From: an uncultured Gemmatimonadales bacterium
GTDB lineage: Bacteria; Gemmatimonadota; Gemmatimonadetes; Gemmatimonadales; GWC2-71-9
Reading direction: 5' to 3'
DNA length: 64,000 bases
Assembly (NCBI GenBank): GCA_963730185.1
Contig: CAVSQW010000007.1
Location: 448,001-512,000 of the forward strand
Shown here piece after piece: positions 11,358 to 20,374 of the stretch; within the stretch, counting starts at the first letter, position 1, and every line of letters begins with the position of its first letter. The position numbers were made by a program, and so were the translations under genes. The notes under the pieces were generated by a model. That model did no database searches and was not told where the DNA came from. It worked only from the letters and a program-made list of their open reading frames with translations.

Positions 11358-12755
11358 TCAGGCCGAGGGTTGCTCGGGCTCGCCCGGAGCCGGGGCGGGC
11401 TCCGGGCCACCGGTCGGCGCGGTCGCCAGCGCATCGGGTGGGCTCGCGGGGTCGGCCTCCGGCTGGTTCGAGGCCTCGGCCTTGGGCTTCGCCGTCGGCG
11501 TTTCGCTGAAGACCCGACATCCGATCAGGAGCCGCTCGCCGCTGGCGCACTTGAGGGCCCAGGCGTGAGGCCATCCGTCGGCCGAGGCCGGGGGCTCCTC
11601 CTTGATCTGTTCCGGCAGACCCATCTCGAGGTCGATCGAACGAATCAGCAGCGAGGCCCGGATCCGGCCCGCGAGGGTATTGGCCAGCTCTCCGAGCACC
11701 TCGGGCGCGCCATCCTCGATCGACGTCTCCACCTGGAGCATCTTGGAGGCGATCCCGACCGTCGACGCCTCGTCACCCAGCAGCGAGACCTCGATCCCGG
11801 CGCCGGTCGAGCCCTCGGTCAGCTTGATCGTGGACCGGTAGGTCCAGACCACGTCGTTGGCCGGGGAGTCGACCTGGCCGACGTCCTGACCGGCCAGGAC
11901 GCCGATCGTTTGCCGCGCCGCGGTGATGATCTCGGGAGCCAGCTCGCCGCCGAGAAGCTCGGCCAAGCGGTCCGTGGGACCGAGCTGGTGCAAGACCGAC
12001 CTGAGCTGCTCCACGAAGTCGATCGGAATGAAGCTCTTCTTGAGCACGCCGTCGAAGTGTCCCGCCCGCTCCGCATCGACCGGGTCGTCGCCGGCGAGGA
12101 GGTACACCCGGGGTGCGGACACCCCGAGACTCGAGGCCACCCGTTGAAGGGTCCCTACCAGTTGTTCGCCGCTCATCAGGTGGAGCCGGTCGGCGACCAG
12201 CACCACCGATGGGGGCGGCGTGCGGCCGCGGTACAGGGCCACCGCCTCGGTCCCCGACGCCGCCTCGACCACCTCGCCGGCCGGCCCGAGGAGGGGCTTG
12301 GCGAAGGCGCGAAAGTTGGGGTCGCTGTCGACCAGCATCAGGCCCTGGATCGACGTCGCGGTCTCCCGAATCCTCAGGCGACGAGTGGCCTCGATCGTGG
12401 GGCGAAGCCGGTCCAGCGCCTGCTCGGGGTTGATGGGCTTGACCAGGTAATCGGTCAGCCCAAGGTCGATCATTTCCCGGACCAGGCTCTCTTCGCTGTG
12501 CGACGAGACGCAGATCACGGGCAGGTGCTTGTACCGCTCGGTGGACCGGATGGCTTGCAGGGTCTCGAAACCGTTGAGAAACGGCATCTCGAAGTCGAGC
12601 AGGATCAGATTCGGCTCGTGCTTCTCGAGAAGCGCCAGTAGCTCGAGCCCGTTCTCGGCAGCCAGGCTCGTGACGTCGAGCTTCTGGAGCAACCGGGTCA
12701 GCAACTTCCGAGTGTTGCGGTCGTCTTCGGCGATCAGAGCCAGCACCGGTCGCAC
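11358..12755 (-). CDS. Response regulator: REC + degenerate REC + CheX/CheC-like phosphatase domain
   Basis: REC1 with EDD/LDFEMP/VKP; second REC lacks the phospho-Asp (VLVAD); C-terminal ELANTLAG matches the CheX ExxN motif. Confidence 0.75.
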   Translation of the reverse strand: MRPVLALIAEDDRNTRKLLTRLLQKLDVTSLAAENGLELLALLEKHEPNLILLDFEMPFLNGFETLQAIRSTERYKHLPVICVSSHSEESLVREMIDLGLTDYLVKPINPEQALDRLRPTIEATRRLRIRETATSIQGLMLVDSDPNFRAFAKPLLGPAGEVVEAASGTEAVALYRGRTPPPSVVLVADRLHLMSGEQLVGTLQRVASSLGVSAPRVYLLAGDDPVDAERAGHFDGVLKKSFIPIDFVEQLRSVLHQLGPTDRLAELLGGELAPEIITAARQTIGVLAGQDVGQVDSPANDVVWTYRSTIKLTEGSTGAGIEVSLLGDEASTVGIASKMLQVETSIEDGAPEVLGELANTLAGRIRASLLIRSIDLEMGLPEQIKEEPPASADGWPHAWALKCASGERLLIGCRVFSETPTAKPKAEASNQPEADPASPPDALATAPTGGPEPAPAPGEPEQPSA

Positions 12756-12917
12756 ACCTCGCTTCCCGATCTCTCAGAGGTTCCTCGGCGATGCCGAGGC
12801 CTGGCCTTCCTGCGACCTAGGAGTATCGGCATCGGCCGGGAGCGACTTGAGATGCCTCAAGATCCATTCCGACAAGGGGTTGGCCGCGATCGAACCCCTC
12901 GGCGTAAGCCGATCTGG

Positions 12918-13658
12918 CTAGTCGGCGAAGTCGGGCGACTCCCGGGTCAGAATCCGCTTCACGGCTTCGAGGTGCTTCCTCGGCTGATCGGCGGCGTCGG
13001 GATTGTCGGCTATCGCGGCGACGAAGGCTCGCTGGACCCGGTCGGGAATCGGGCGGAGCGGCCGGCCGGTCGACATTGCCAGCACCTGGACCTGGCAGGC
13101 CCGCTCCAGGAAATAGAGGTCGTTGAACGCCTCGTGGATGGTCGGTCCGGTGACCATGACGCCGTGGTGGCCGAGGAAGAGCACGCTCTTCTCGCCCATG
13201 GCCTCGGCCATCCGGTCTCCCTCGGTGGGATCGAGAGCCAGACCCTCGTAGGCGTCGAGGTACGCGATCCGGCCGGCGAACTGCAGCGCGTTCTGCGACA
13301 CCATCTCCACCCGTCCGCCGTCGATCACCGTCAACGCCGTCGCGTACGGCATGTGGGTGTGCAGGACGGCCCGGGCCCGGGGATGGCGGCGGTGGAGTCG
13401 GGAGTGGATGAAGAAGGCCGTATCTTCGACCGCGCCCGAGCCGTCCAGGACGTTCCGGTCGGCATCGGCCAGCACCAGATCGCGGGCTCGGAGCTCACGC
13501 CAGTGGAGCCCGATCGGATTCACCAGAAACCGGCGCCCGTCGTCGTCCACGGCGTAGCTGAAGTGGTTGTCGATGCCCTCGTTGAGGCCGAGCCGCTCGG
13601 ACCACCGGAACGCGGCCGCCAGGTCGATCCGGGCCTGGCGGATGGACTCGGCGCTCAT
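12918..13658 (-). CDS. Class II aldolase/adducin family protein
   Basis: DLAAAFR, NHFS, FFIHSRLH, VLHTHMPYAT, HHGV; ATGA overlap with the upstream gene. Confidence 0.9.
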   Translation of the reverse strand: MSAESIRQARIDLAAAFRWSERLGLNEGIDNHFSYAVDDDGRRFLVNPIGLHWRELRARDLVLADADRNVLDGSGAVEDTAFFIHSRLHRRHPRARAVLHTHMPYATALTVIDGGRVEMVSQNALQFAGRIAYLDAYEGLALDPTEGDRMAEAMGEKSVLFLGHHGVMVTGPTIHEAFNDLYFLERACQVQVLAMSTGRPLRPIPDRVQRAFVAAIADNPDAADQPRKHLEAVKRILTRESPDFAD

Positions 13659-14044
13659 GCCGCCACCGCCTTCTCCTCCATGACGGCCAGCACGTTGTCC
13701 TCGGTGTCCTCGAAGAACGCCATCCAGAGCTCGTGGGTCGGCGCCCGATGCACGAGGTGGGGCTCGTCCTTGAACCGCACCCCGCGCTCCCGAAGCGTCG
13801 CGCACACGGTCTCGATTCCAGCGACCTTGAAGTAGAGGATCGAGCCGGGGTGGTCGTGCTCCTTGCCCTCGGGCTTCGAGAGCATCAGCCGGACCTCGCC
13901 GGCGCGGACGAACGCCAGCCCCGGGAACTGGAACAGGAACGGCAGCCCGAGCCGGTCACGATAGAAGCTCAGGGCGCGCTCGACGTCGTGGACCACGACG
14001 GCGATCTGGCCGATCGACGAGGTGGCGAGATCGGATCCGGGCAT
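13655..14044 (-). CDS. VOC/glyoxalase family protein
   Basis: IGQIAVVVHDVERALSFYRDRLGL ... WMAFFEDTEDN. Confidence 0.9.
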   Translation of the reverse strand: MPGSDLATSSIGQIAVVVHDVERALSFYRDRLGLPFLFQFPGLAFVRAGEVRLMLSKPEGKEHDHPGSILYFKVAGIETVCATLRERGVRFKDEPHLVHRAPTHELWMAFFEDTEDNVLAVMEEKAVAA

Positions 14045-14108
14045 GGCTTCCTCCGGCTTTGACGTAGCGGGGACCGCGGTGTAGCGTTGAGCGATTCGAC
14101 GACCATGA

Positions 14109-14127
14109 TACTTAGCTTGGCTAACTA
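14109..14127. promoter_or_regulatory. Imperfect palindrome, candidate MarR operator
   Basis: TACTTAGCTTGGCTAACTA (TTAGC-N3-GCTAA core) between the divergent VOC and MarR genes. Confidence 0.55.
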
Positions 14128-14133
14128 AATACG

Positions 14134-14592
14134 ATGCCCAGGGCGACCCGTCAAGCCGGCTCCCGAGCGGGGCCGGGCGAGGTGGCCAACCGGCTCCATT
14201 CGGCCGCGATCCACCTCCTCCGTCGTCTCCGGGTGGAGGATACCGCGGCCGGCCTGAGCGGTCCCCGTCTGTCCGCCCTGTCGGTGGTGGTGTTCGGCGG
14301 TCCGCTGGCGCTGGGCCAGTTGGCGAAGGCGGAGCAGGTCCGCCCGCCGACCATGTCGCGTCTGGTGGCCGGCCTGGCCCGGGCGGGGCTGGTGTCGGTC
14401 GAGCGGGACCCGGACGATCGTCGGGTCCAGCGGATCGAGGCGACGGCCCGAGGACGGAGTCTGCTCGAGGCGGGACGGGCCCGGCGGGTCCGGCGTCTGA
14501 CCCGTGACCTGGCCGCGCTGTCGCGCGACGAATACGGCAACCTGGTCCGCGCGCTCGACGTGCTGGAGCGTCTCGCCCGCGGGCAGCGCTGA
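14134..14592 (+). CDS. MarR family transcriptional regulator
   Basis: LAKAEQVRPPTMSRLVAGL ... DPDDRR..IEATARG winged HTH. Confidence 0.9.
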   Translation: MPRATRQAGSRAGPGEVANRLHSAAIHLLRRLRVEDTAAGLSGPRLSALSVVVFGGPLALGQLAKAEQVRPPTMSRLVAGLARAGLVSVERDPDDRRVQRIEATARGRSLLEAGRARRVRRLTRDLAALSRDEYGNLVRALDVLERLARGQR

Positions 14593-14637
14593 CCCGTCGG
14601 CGCGCCCGTCCACCCCTCCACCCCTCACTCCCGACTC

Positions 14638-15855
14638 ATGTCCAATCGACGCGCCGTCAACCTCGCCATCCTGGTCGCCGCGCTGGGCTACTTCGTCGAC
14701 ATCTACGACCTGATCCTCTTCAGCGTGGTCCGGGTCAACAGCCTCCACGGGATCGGGATCGTCGGCGAGACGGCGGTGCTGAACGCCGGGGTGCTGCTCC
14801 TCAATCGGCAGATGTGGGGGATGCTGGTCGGCGGCGTGATCTGGGGGATCCTGGGCGACGTTCGGGGACGTCTCTCGGTCCTGTTCGGATCCATCCTGCT
14901 GTACTCGGTGGCCAACCTGGCCAACGCCATGGTCACCTCGCTGGGCGCCTACGAGGTCCTTCGTTTCCTGGCCGGGGTCGGCCTGGCCGGCGAGTTGGGC
15001 GCGGGCATTACCCTGGTGAGCGAGATGATGCGGAAGGAGTCGCGAGGATACGGAACCTCGCTGGTGGCCGCCATCGGCATCCTCGGCGCGATCGTGGCCG
15101 AGCTGGTGTCGGAGGCGTTCCACTGGAGGATGGCGTACGTCGTGGGAGGCGTCCTCGGTCTCCTGCTCCTGATTCTCCGGGTCAGCGTCCGGGAGTCGCC
15201 CATGTTCCAGATGGCCAAGACCACCTCGGCGCGCCGGGGCAACTTCTTCATGCTGTTCCAGCGCCGGGATCGCCTGATCCGCTACGTGTCGGTCATCCTG
15301 GTCGGCGTGCCGATCTGGTACGTCATCGGGATCCTGGTGACCTTCTCGCCCGAGTTCGCCAAGGAAATGGGGCTCCCGTTCGTGCCCAGCGCGGGGCGGG
15401 CGATTCTCTGGCTCTACGCGGGTCTGGTCGTCGGCGACCTGGCCAGCGGGTTTCTGAGTCAGTATCTGAAGAGCCGGCGCCGGGCCATGGCCATCTTTCT
15501 CGGGCTCACCGTGCTGGCCTGTCTGGCCTATTTCCTCGAGGTATCCCGATCGCTCACGTCGTTCTACGGGCTCTGCGTCGGGATGGGCTTCGCGACCGGC
15601 TATTGGGCCGTATTCGTGACGATGTCGGCGGAGCAGTTCGGGACCAATCTCCGGGCCACGGCGGCGACCACCACCCCCAACTTCGTTCGGGGGGCGATGG
15701 TTCCGATGACCGCGCTCTTCCAGATGGGGCGGGAGGCGTTCGGGATCGTCGGGTCGGGGATCGCCCTGGGGCTGTTGGTGTTGGGCCTTGCCGTAGCATC
15801 ATTGGCGGGGTTGCAGGAGACGTTCGGCAAGGACCTGGACTACCTGGAGGAATAG
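14638..15855 (+). CDS. MFS transporter
   Basis: About 12 TM helices; GILGDVRGR motif A; RFLAGVGLAGE; EQFGTNLRAT. Confidence 0.92.
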   Translation: MSNRRAVNLAILVAALGYFVDIYDLILFSVVRVNSLHGIGIVGETAVLNAGVLLLNRQMWGMLVGGVIWGILGDVRGRLSVLFGSILLYSVANLANAMVTSLGAYEVLRFLAGVGLAGELGAGITLVSEMMRKESRGYGTSLVAAIGILGAIVAELVSEAFHWRMAYVVGGVLGLLLLILRVSVRESPMFQMAKTTSARRGNFFMLFQRRDRLIRYVSVILVGVPIWYVIGILVTFSPEFAKEMGLPFVPSAGRAILWLYAGLVVGDLASGFLSQYLKSRRRAMAIFLGLTVLACLAYFLEVSRSLTSFYGLCVGMGFATGYWAVFVTMSAEQFGTNLRATAATTTPNFVRGAMVPMTALFQMGREAFGIVGSGIALGLLVLGLAVASLAGLQETFGKDLDYLEE

Positions 15856-15857
15856 CG

Positions 15858-16283
15858 GTGCGCGTCACCCAGTCGATCGTGATCGCCCTGGCTGCGACGG
15901 CCGCGGTCACGGCGTGTATCAGCAGCACGGCGGTGGATCCGGCCAAGCAGGTCCATACGGCCATCCGCGGTTTCATCGTGGACCAGAACGGCGACGGCGT
16001 AGGCGCGCCGCTGGTCTCCATCACCATCGTCGGGGCGCCCAGCGGCGGCAGCGCCAAGCTGCTGGCCTCGACCCAGCTCGTGCCCGACGATGCCGGGCGA
16101 TTCGTCGTGACGTTCAGCGTCAACGACGAGGTCCCGCAGACCGGCTACGCCGCATTGAGCGTCATGCCGGCCCCCGGGACGGCGTTGGCCGGGCGGGACA
16201 CCTCCGGGATCCCGGTCCAGCTCCAGCGCGGCTTTCCCCCGGTCGACACCACCGTCGTGAGGATCGCGCTCCCGCCCCGCTGA
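15858..16283 (+). CDS. Hypothetical lipoprotein (Ig/carboxypeptidase-regulatory-like)
   Basis: GTG after GGAGG; signal peptide ending VTAC; IRGFIVDQNG..., DDAGRF. Confidence 0.65.
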   Translation: MRVTQSIVIALAATAAVTACISSTAVDPAKQVHTAIRGFIVDQNGDGVGAPLVSITIVGAPSGGSAKLLASTQLVPDDAGRFVVTFSVNDEVPQTGYAALSVMPAPGTALAGRDTSGIPVQLQRGFPPVDTTVVRIALPPR

Positions 16284-16675
16284 CCCCGCGGCCCGACGCC
16301 GGGGGCCGGATCCCGCGGCCGATTGCGGCCCCGGCTTCGTCGCGGCGCCCTGCAACGTGGTGCAGGGTCGGCCCCGCCTCCGGCCGGATTCGCCGCCGCG
16401 TTCCGCGAGAGGCCTCCCCCGGCGAGATCGCGGGTCGTCGTGCAGCCGCTTGCGCGATCGGGCTCGGTCGGGCCTGAAGCGCTGGCAAAAAGGCGTGAAA
16501 GCCGCCGGTCAGGTAACGCCGGCGTGGGCTGATCGCGCACGACCTTTCACCTCGTCCCCCCCATCGGGTTCCGGGCACACAACCTGCCCCCGACCAATTC
16601 CGGCAACGAATTCGCGGCGTCTCGTTCCTGCACTGGCGTGCAGACACGGGGGTCGCCTTGGCTCGGGGGGGCCCG

Positions 16676-17368
16676 ATGGATCATCCGATCTCGTTCGCGA
16701 GCCGACTCGTCGGCGTCCTGGGCCTGGTCGTCGCGCTCGGCGCGACGCCGGTCCAGGGACAGGCGGCCCGGACCACCGAGGCCAAGCCGGCCAGGACGAA
16801 GTCCACCCCGCCGCCCGGCTCCCCGGCGGCCGTCCGGCAAGGGATGTGGTTCGGTGCCGGCCTGGGGGCCGGGTCCGCCTCGCTCCATTGTCAGATCTGC
16901 TCGGGCGACCTGGGGAGCCGCGGGACCGCCGGCTACCTCCGCGCCGGTACCACGGTCAACGAGTTCTTCCTGCTTGGGGCCGAGCTGGATGCCTGGATGC
17001 GGTCGGATCAAGGGGGACACCAGCGGGTCTTCGCCCTCACCGGCGACGCGTACTGGTATCCAGACCCTCGCCACGGCTACTACGTGAAGGGCGGTTTCGG
17101 CTTCTCGAACTACCGGCAGTCCGCGGACGGTAACAACGGCGGCACCACCGCGGTCACCGCCGGGGCGTTCACGGGGCAGGTGGGGTTGGGGTACGAAGTC
17201 CGAATGAACCCGCGGATGTCGATCGTGCCCTATGCCAACCTGATCGGGTCCGCCAAGGGGCGGCTCTCGACCGAGCAGGACAACGGGACCCACTTCGAGC
17301 GAAACCGGCTCGACACCAGCGGCAACGTCATCCTGCTCCAGATCGGCCTCGGCCTGACCTGGCACTGA
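16676..17368 (+). CDS. Putative outer-membrane beta-barrel protein
   Basis: Signal peptide; alternating amphipathic strands (WFGAGLG, GYYVKGGFG, GQVGLGY); C-terminal IGLGLTWH. Confidence 0.7.
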   Translation: MDHPISFASRLVGVLGLVVALGATPVQGQAARTTEAKPARTKSTPPPGSPAAVRQGMWFGAGLGAGSASLHCQICSGDLGSRGTAGYLRAGTTVNEFFLLGAELDAWMRSDQGGHQRVFALTGDAYWYPDPRHGYYVKGGFGFSNYRQSADGNNGGTTAVTAGAFTGQVGLGYEVRMNPRMSIVPYANLIGSAKGRLSTEQDNGTHFERNRLDTSGNVILLQIGLGLTWH

Positions 17369-17412
17369 GCGCCACGCGACCACGTCCGACGCCTTTCAGG
17401 GGGAATCGTCGT

Positions 17413-18669
17413 ATGCAGCGGAAGCCGAACATCGTCACCCGGGGCGCCGCCATCGTCTGGTTGGCCGCCTGGACCGGGGCGCTGGGCTGCGGCTCGGCCT
17501 CGATCGCCGGGCTGGACCCGGACACCCACCCGCACAGCGTCGCCTTCGATGCCTGGCAGCCTGGTCCCGGTGATACCTGCCCGATCTCGATCCACCAGAA
17601 GTACGCCGCGCTCGGGCCCGACGGGAAGCTCTACCCGACCTGGCATCCGCCGGTCGATCCCGAGACCGGATGCACCTTCGGCCACGAGCACGGGCGTGAC
17701 CCGCACGGCTCGAACCTCTATGCCTCGGTGGGCGACATCCCGCTGGGCTACGCCAACGAGCAGCTCGACGCCTACGATCCCGGCGGGAAGCGGCACGAGG
17801 ATCATTTCGGCCACAAGTACGAGTGGGAGAACGACGTCCAGATGCGGGTCGGCAATGGCGGTGGCGTGCTCTCGGTCAAGTGCGACATCATGTACAAGCT
17901 GCACCAGGGCACCCACTCCAAGGACGCCTTCACCAACAACCTCCACGAGGTCGTGTACCACGCTCGCTGTACCGACGGCACCGAGGTCCACATGACCATC
18001 ATGGCGGCCATCGGAACCCCGGGCGAGTTCACCCGGACCTGCGACGGCGCTCACATCCACGTGGGCGACCCGACGCCGCTCAACTCGCCCAACGGCGGCG
18101 GCCAGCGGGTCATCCCCGACATCAGCTGCGTGGACCAGTTCATGTTGGTGGCCGACGGCCAGAACTCCAACGTCGACAAGGCGCTCCACGAGAGCTGGCA
18201 GCAGTCGCTCTCGATCCGGACCGACGACGGTCGAACGCTGGCCAGCATGAATCCGTATTTCCAGGTGTTCCTCCCGAGCCGGTTCTACGATCCCGCCAAG
18301 GGAGACGTGACCGGGCGGCCGATCGACGTCTGCTATCTGACGGCGGCCAACGGCGACCGGGCGCACACCGGCCTCTGCAACGACGCCACCCAGAACGGGA
18401 CCGTCGCCGGCATCGGGTACAACGATCCGCGATCGCCGTTCAACGGCGTGCGCCGGGTCCTGGACGTCAACTCGCTCGACATCAACAACTCCGACGGGCC
18501 GACGGTGTGGTATACCGATCCGTTCGGACGCCACGCGGCGACCAGCCCCTTCCCGGGCTCGATCCGTCAGTACGTCGCCCGAATCAACAACACCGGCCTC
18601 GATCTCTCGGGCCCGGGCATCGGATCGAACCGGAACTACGGGGGGCCGGGGGTCCACCCGCCGAACTGA
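17413..18669 (+). CDS. Uncharacterised His/Cys-rich lipoprotein
   Basis: Lipobox LGC; WHPPVD..GCTFGHEHGRDP, HEDHFGHK, LHQGTH, NNLHE; coding-like GC3 bias. Confidence 0.75.
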   Translation: MQRKPNIVTRGAAIVWLAAWTGALGCGSASIAGLDPDTHPHSVAFDAWQPGPGDTCPISIHQKYAALGPDGKLYPTWHPPVDPETGCTFGHEHGRDPHGSNLYASVGDIPLGYANEQLDAYDPGGKRHEDHFGHKYEWENDVQMRVGNGGGVLSVKCDIMYKLHQGTHSKDAFTNNLHEVVYHARCTDGTEVHMTIMAAIGTPGEFTRTCDGAHIHVGDPTPLNSPNGGGQRVIPDISCVDQFMLVADGQNSNVDKALHESWQQSLSIRTDDGRTLASMNPYFQVFLPSRFYDPAKGDVTGRPIDVCYLTAANGDRAHTGLCNDATQNGTVAGIGYNDPRSPFNGVRRVLDVNSLDINNSDGPTVWYTDPFGRHAATSPFPGSIRQYVARINNTGLDLSGPGIGSNRNYGGPGVHPPN

Positions 18670-18702
18670 GCCAACGGACCGCGGGCTCGAGTTCCCGCGG
18701 CG

Positions 18703-18758
18703 AGAGGGTAGGGGGTGCGGTCCGGTTTGGGGGAACCGGGTCGTGCCCTCTACCCTCT
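18703..18758 (+). other. 25-bp RNA hairpin with five G-U pairs in an intergenic region
   Basis: AGAGGGTAGGGGGTGCGGTCCGGTT pairs fully with AACCGGGTCGTGCCCTCTACCCTCT around a TGGGGG loop; every non-Watson-Crick pair is G-U on the + strand. Confidence 0.7.
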
Positions 18759-18837
18759 TCGGCGTCTTCGGCTTACCCTCAGGACGTCGGTTCCGACGGG
18801 CCGGCGCTTCATCCTCACACCTCAGAGCGTTACTGCG

Positions 18838-20235
18838 ATGACCAGATTCCTGGCCGTTCTGCTGCTCGGCACGCTGGCCGCCGGCGACCTCGCCGCCCAG
18901 GTTCCCCGAACCGAACGGCAACGCTGGCTCGATTCCACCACGGTTACCACGGACGACCCACGCCGGATTCCGATGCCGCCCTGGTACAATGCCCCCGAGG
19001 GCAGTCTCGTCCTCCGCGGCGGTCGGGTCTGGGACGGCACCGGCGCGGGCGCCCGCCCGGCGACCGTGGTCGTGGTCAGGAACCGGATCGCGGCGATCCT
19101 CCCGCCCAACGCCAGCGAGTGGCCCAAGGACGCCCGAGTGATCGACGTGAGCGGGCGGACCGTCATGCCCGGCCTGATCGACCTCCATACCCATCTCGAC
19201 TACTCCGAGCCCGGGATGTCCGAGGAGCGTGCCTGGAGCACGGCGGACGGCGCGCTGCGGGGCATGGAGCGGCTCCGGTTCTATCTCGAGAGCGGCATCA
19301 CGGCGGTGCGGGACGTCGCCTCGCAGGGCGACACGCCGTTCCTCCTCAAGGGCTGGGTGGCGCAGGGGCGGATTCCCGGTCCCCGGATCTTCGCGGCCGG
19401 GTCGTTGATCACCGGGGTTGGTGGCCACGGCGCCGAGGTCGAGATGTCCACCGGACGACCGCTGCCGGCGATTCGCGAGGCCACGGGCCCCGACGACTGG
19501 CGCCGAGCGGTGCGGGAGCAGTTTCGGAAGGGCGCCGACCTGATCAAGATCGCCAGCCACTACAGTGAGGAAGAAGTCAAAGCCGCGGTCGAGGAAGCCC
19601 ACGATCTCGGGCTCAAGGTCACCGCCGATGCGGAGACGTTCTACATCGAGCGGGCGGTCCGGGCCGGCGTCGACATGATCGAGCATCCGTTGCCGCGGAC
19701 CGACGAGACGATCCGCCTCATGGCGGAGCGAGGCACCCAGGCCGATCCCACCCTGATTCCCTACATCATCATCTTCGATCAGCTCGGTGGCTACTATGGC
19801 GCCACCAGCCGGCGCTTCACCTTTTCGAAGGAGGCCAACTTCAAGGTCCTCCTCCGGATGAAGGCGGCCGGCATCAAGATGGGGGTCGGCACCGACCTGG
19901 TGGCCAACTGGTTCCGTTACCTGCCCATGCCCTACCTGATGGAGCTCAAGCAGTTCGTGGCCGCCGGATACTCCGTGCCGGAGGTCCTCCAGATCGCCAC
20001 CAAGACGAACGCCGAGCTGCTCGACATGGGCGACAAGCTCGGCACCCTGGAAGCCGGCAAGCTGGCCGACATCCTGGTGGTCGACGGCAAGCCCGACCAG
20101 AACCTCGACGACCTCCTCAAGGTCGACCTGGTCGTCGGGAACGGGCGGGTCGAGCTCGAGCGGGGGCAGGTGGTGATTCCCCGGCACGTGCCGCTGCCGA
20201 TGCCCCAGCGAACCGGCGAGACCAAGGTGCCCTGA
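18838..20235 (+). CDS. Secreted amidohydrolase family protein
   Basis: Signal peptide; MPGLIDLHTH, GITAVRD, IEH, GTD, GKLADILVVDG. Confidence 0.9.
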   Translation: MTRFLAVLLLGTLAAGDLAAQVPRTERQRWLDSTTVTTDDPRRIPMPPWYNAPEGSLVLRGGRVWDGTGAGARPATVVVVRNRIAAILPPNASEWPKDARVIDVSGRTVMPGLIDLHTHLDYSEPGMSEERAWSTADGALRGMERLRFYLESGITAVRDVASQGDTPFLLKGWVAQGRIPGPRIFAAGSLITGVGGHGAEVEMSTGRPLPAIREATGPDDWRRAVREQFRKGADLIKIASHYSEEEVKAAVEEAHDLGLKVTADAETFYIERAVRAGVDMIEHPLPRTDETIRLMAERGTQADPTLIPYIIIFDQLGGYYGATSRRFTFSKEANFKVLLRMKAAGIKMGVGTDLVANWFRYLPMPYLMELKQFVAAGYSVPEVLQIATKTNAELLDMGDKLGTLEAGKLADILVVDGKPDQNLDDLLKVDLVVGNGRVELERGQVVIPRHVPLPMPQRTGETKVP

Positions 20236-20278
20236 GGGCCGGCCGGTTGCGGGTGGCCGGCCCCCGGCGTAGACTTAT

Positions 20279-20288
20279 TTGTATACAA
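20279..20288. promoter_or_regulatory. Perfect palindrome TTGTATACAA, candidate GntR-family operator
   Basis: Sits in an AT-rich patch about 90 bp upstream of the dipeptidase; related copies at 33173, 33185, 43383 and 44517. Confidence 0.55.
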
Positions 20289-20374
20289 TTATGAATTCAC
20301 CGGGCTTTGGGGGTGGCCGCCCGCGCCCCCGCCGGCCGGTGGTCCCCTGCCCGGATCCATTTCCTGGAGGTCGT

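Noticed and set aside
16490..16530. Possible c-di-GMP-I riboswitch (GGCAAA...GAAA)
   Set aside because: The P2 stem and downstream GCAAAGC/CCTAA elements do not match convincingly.
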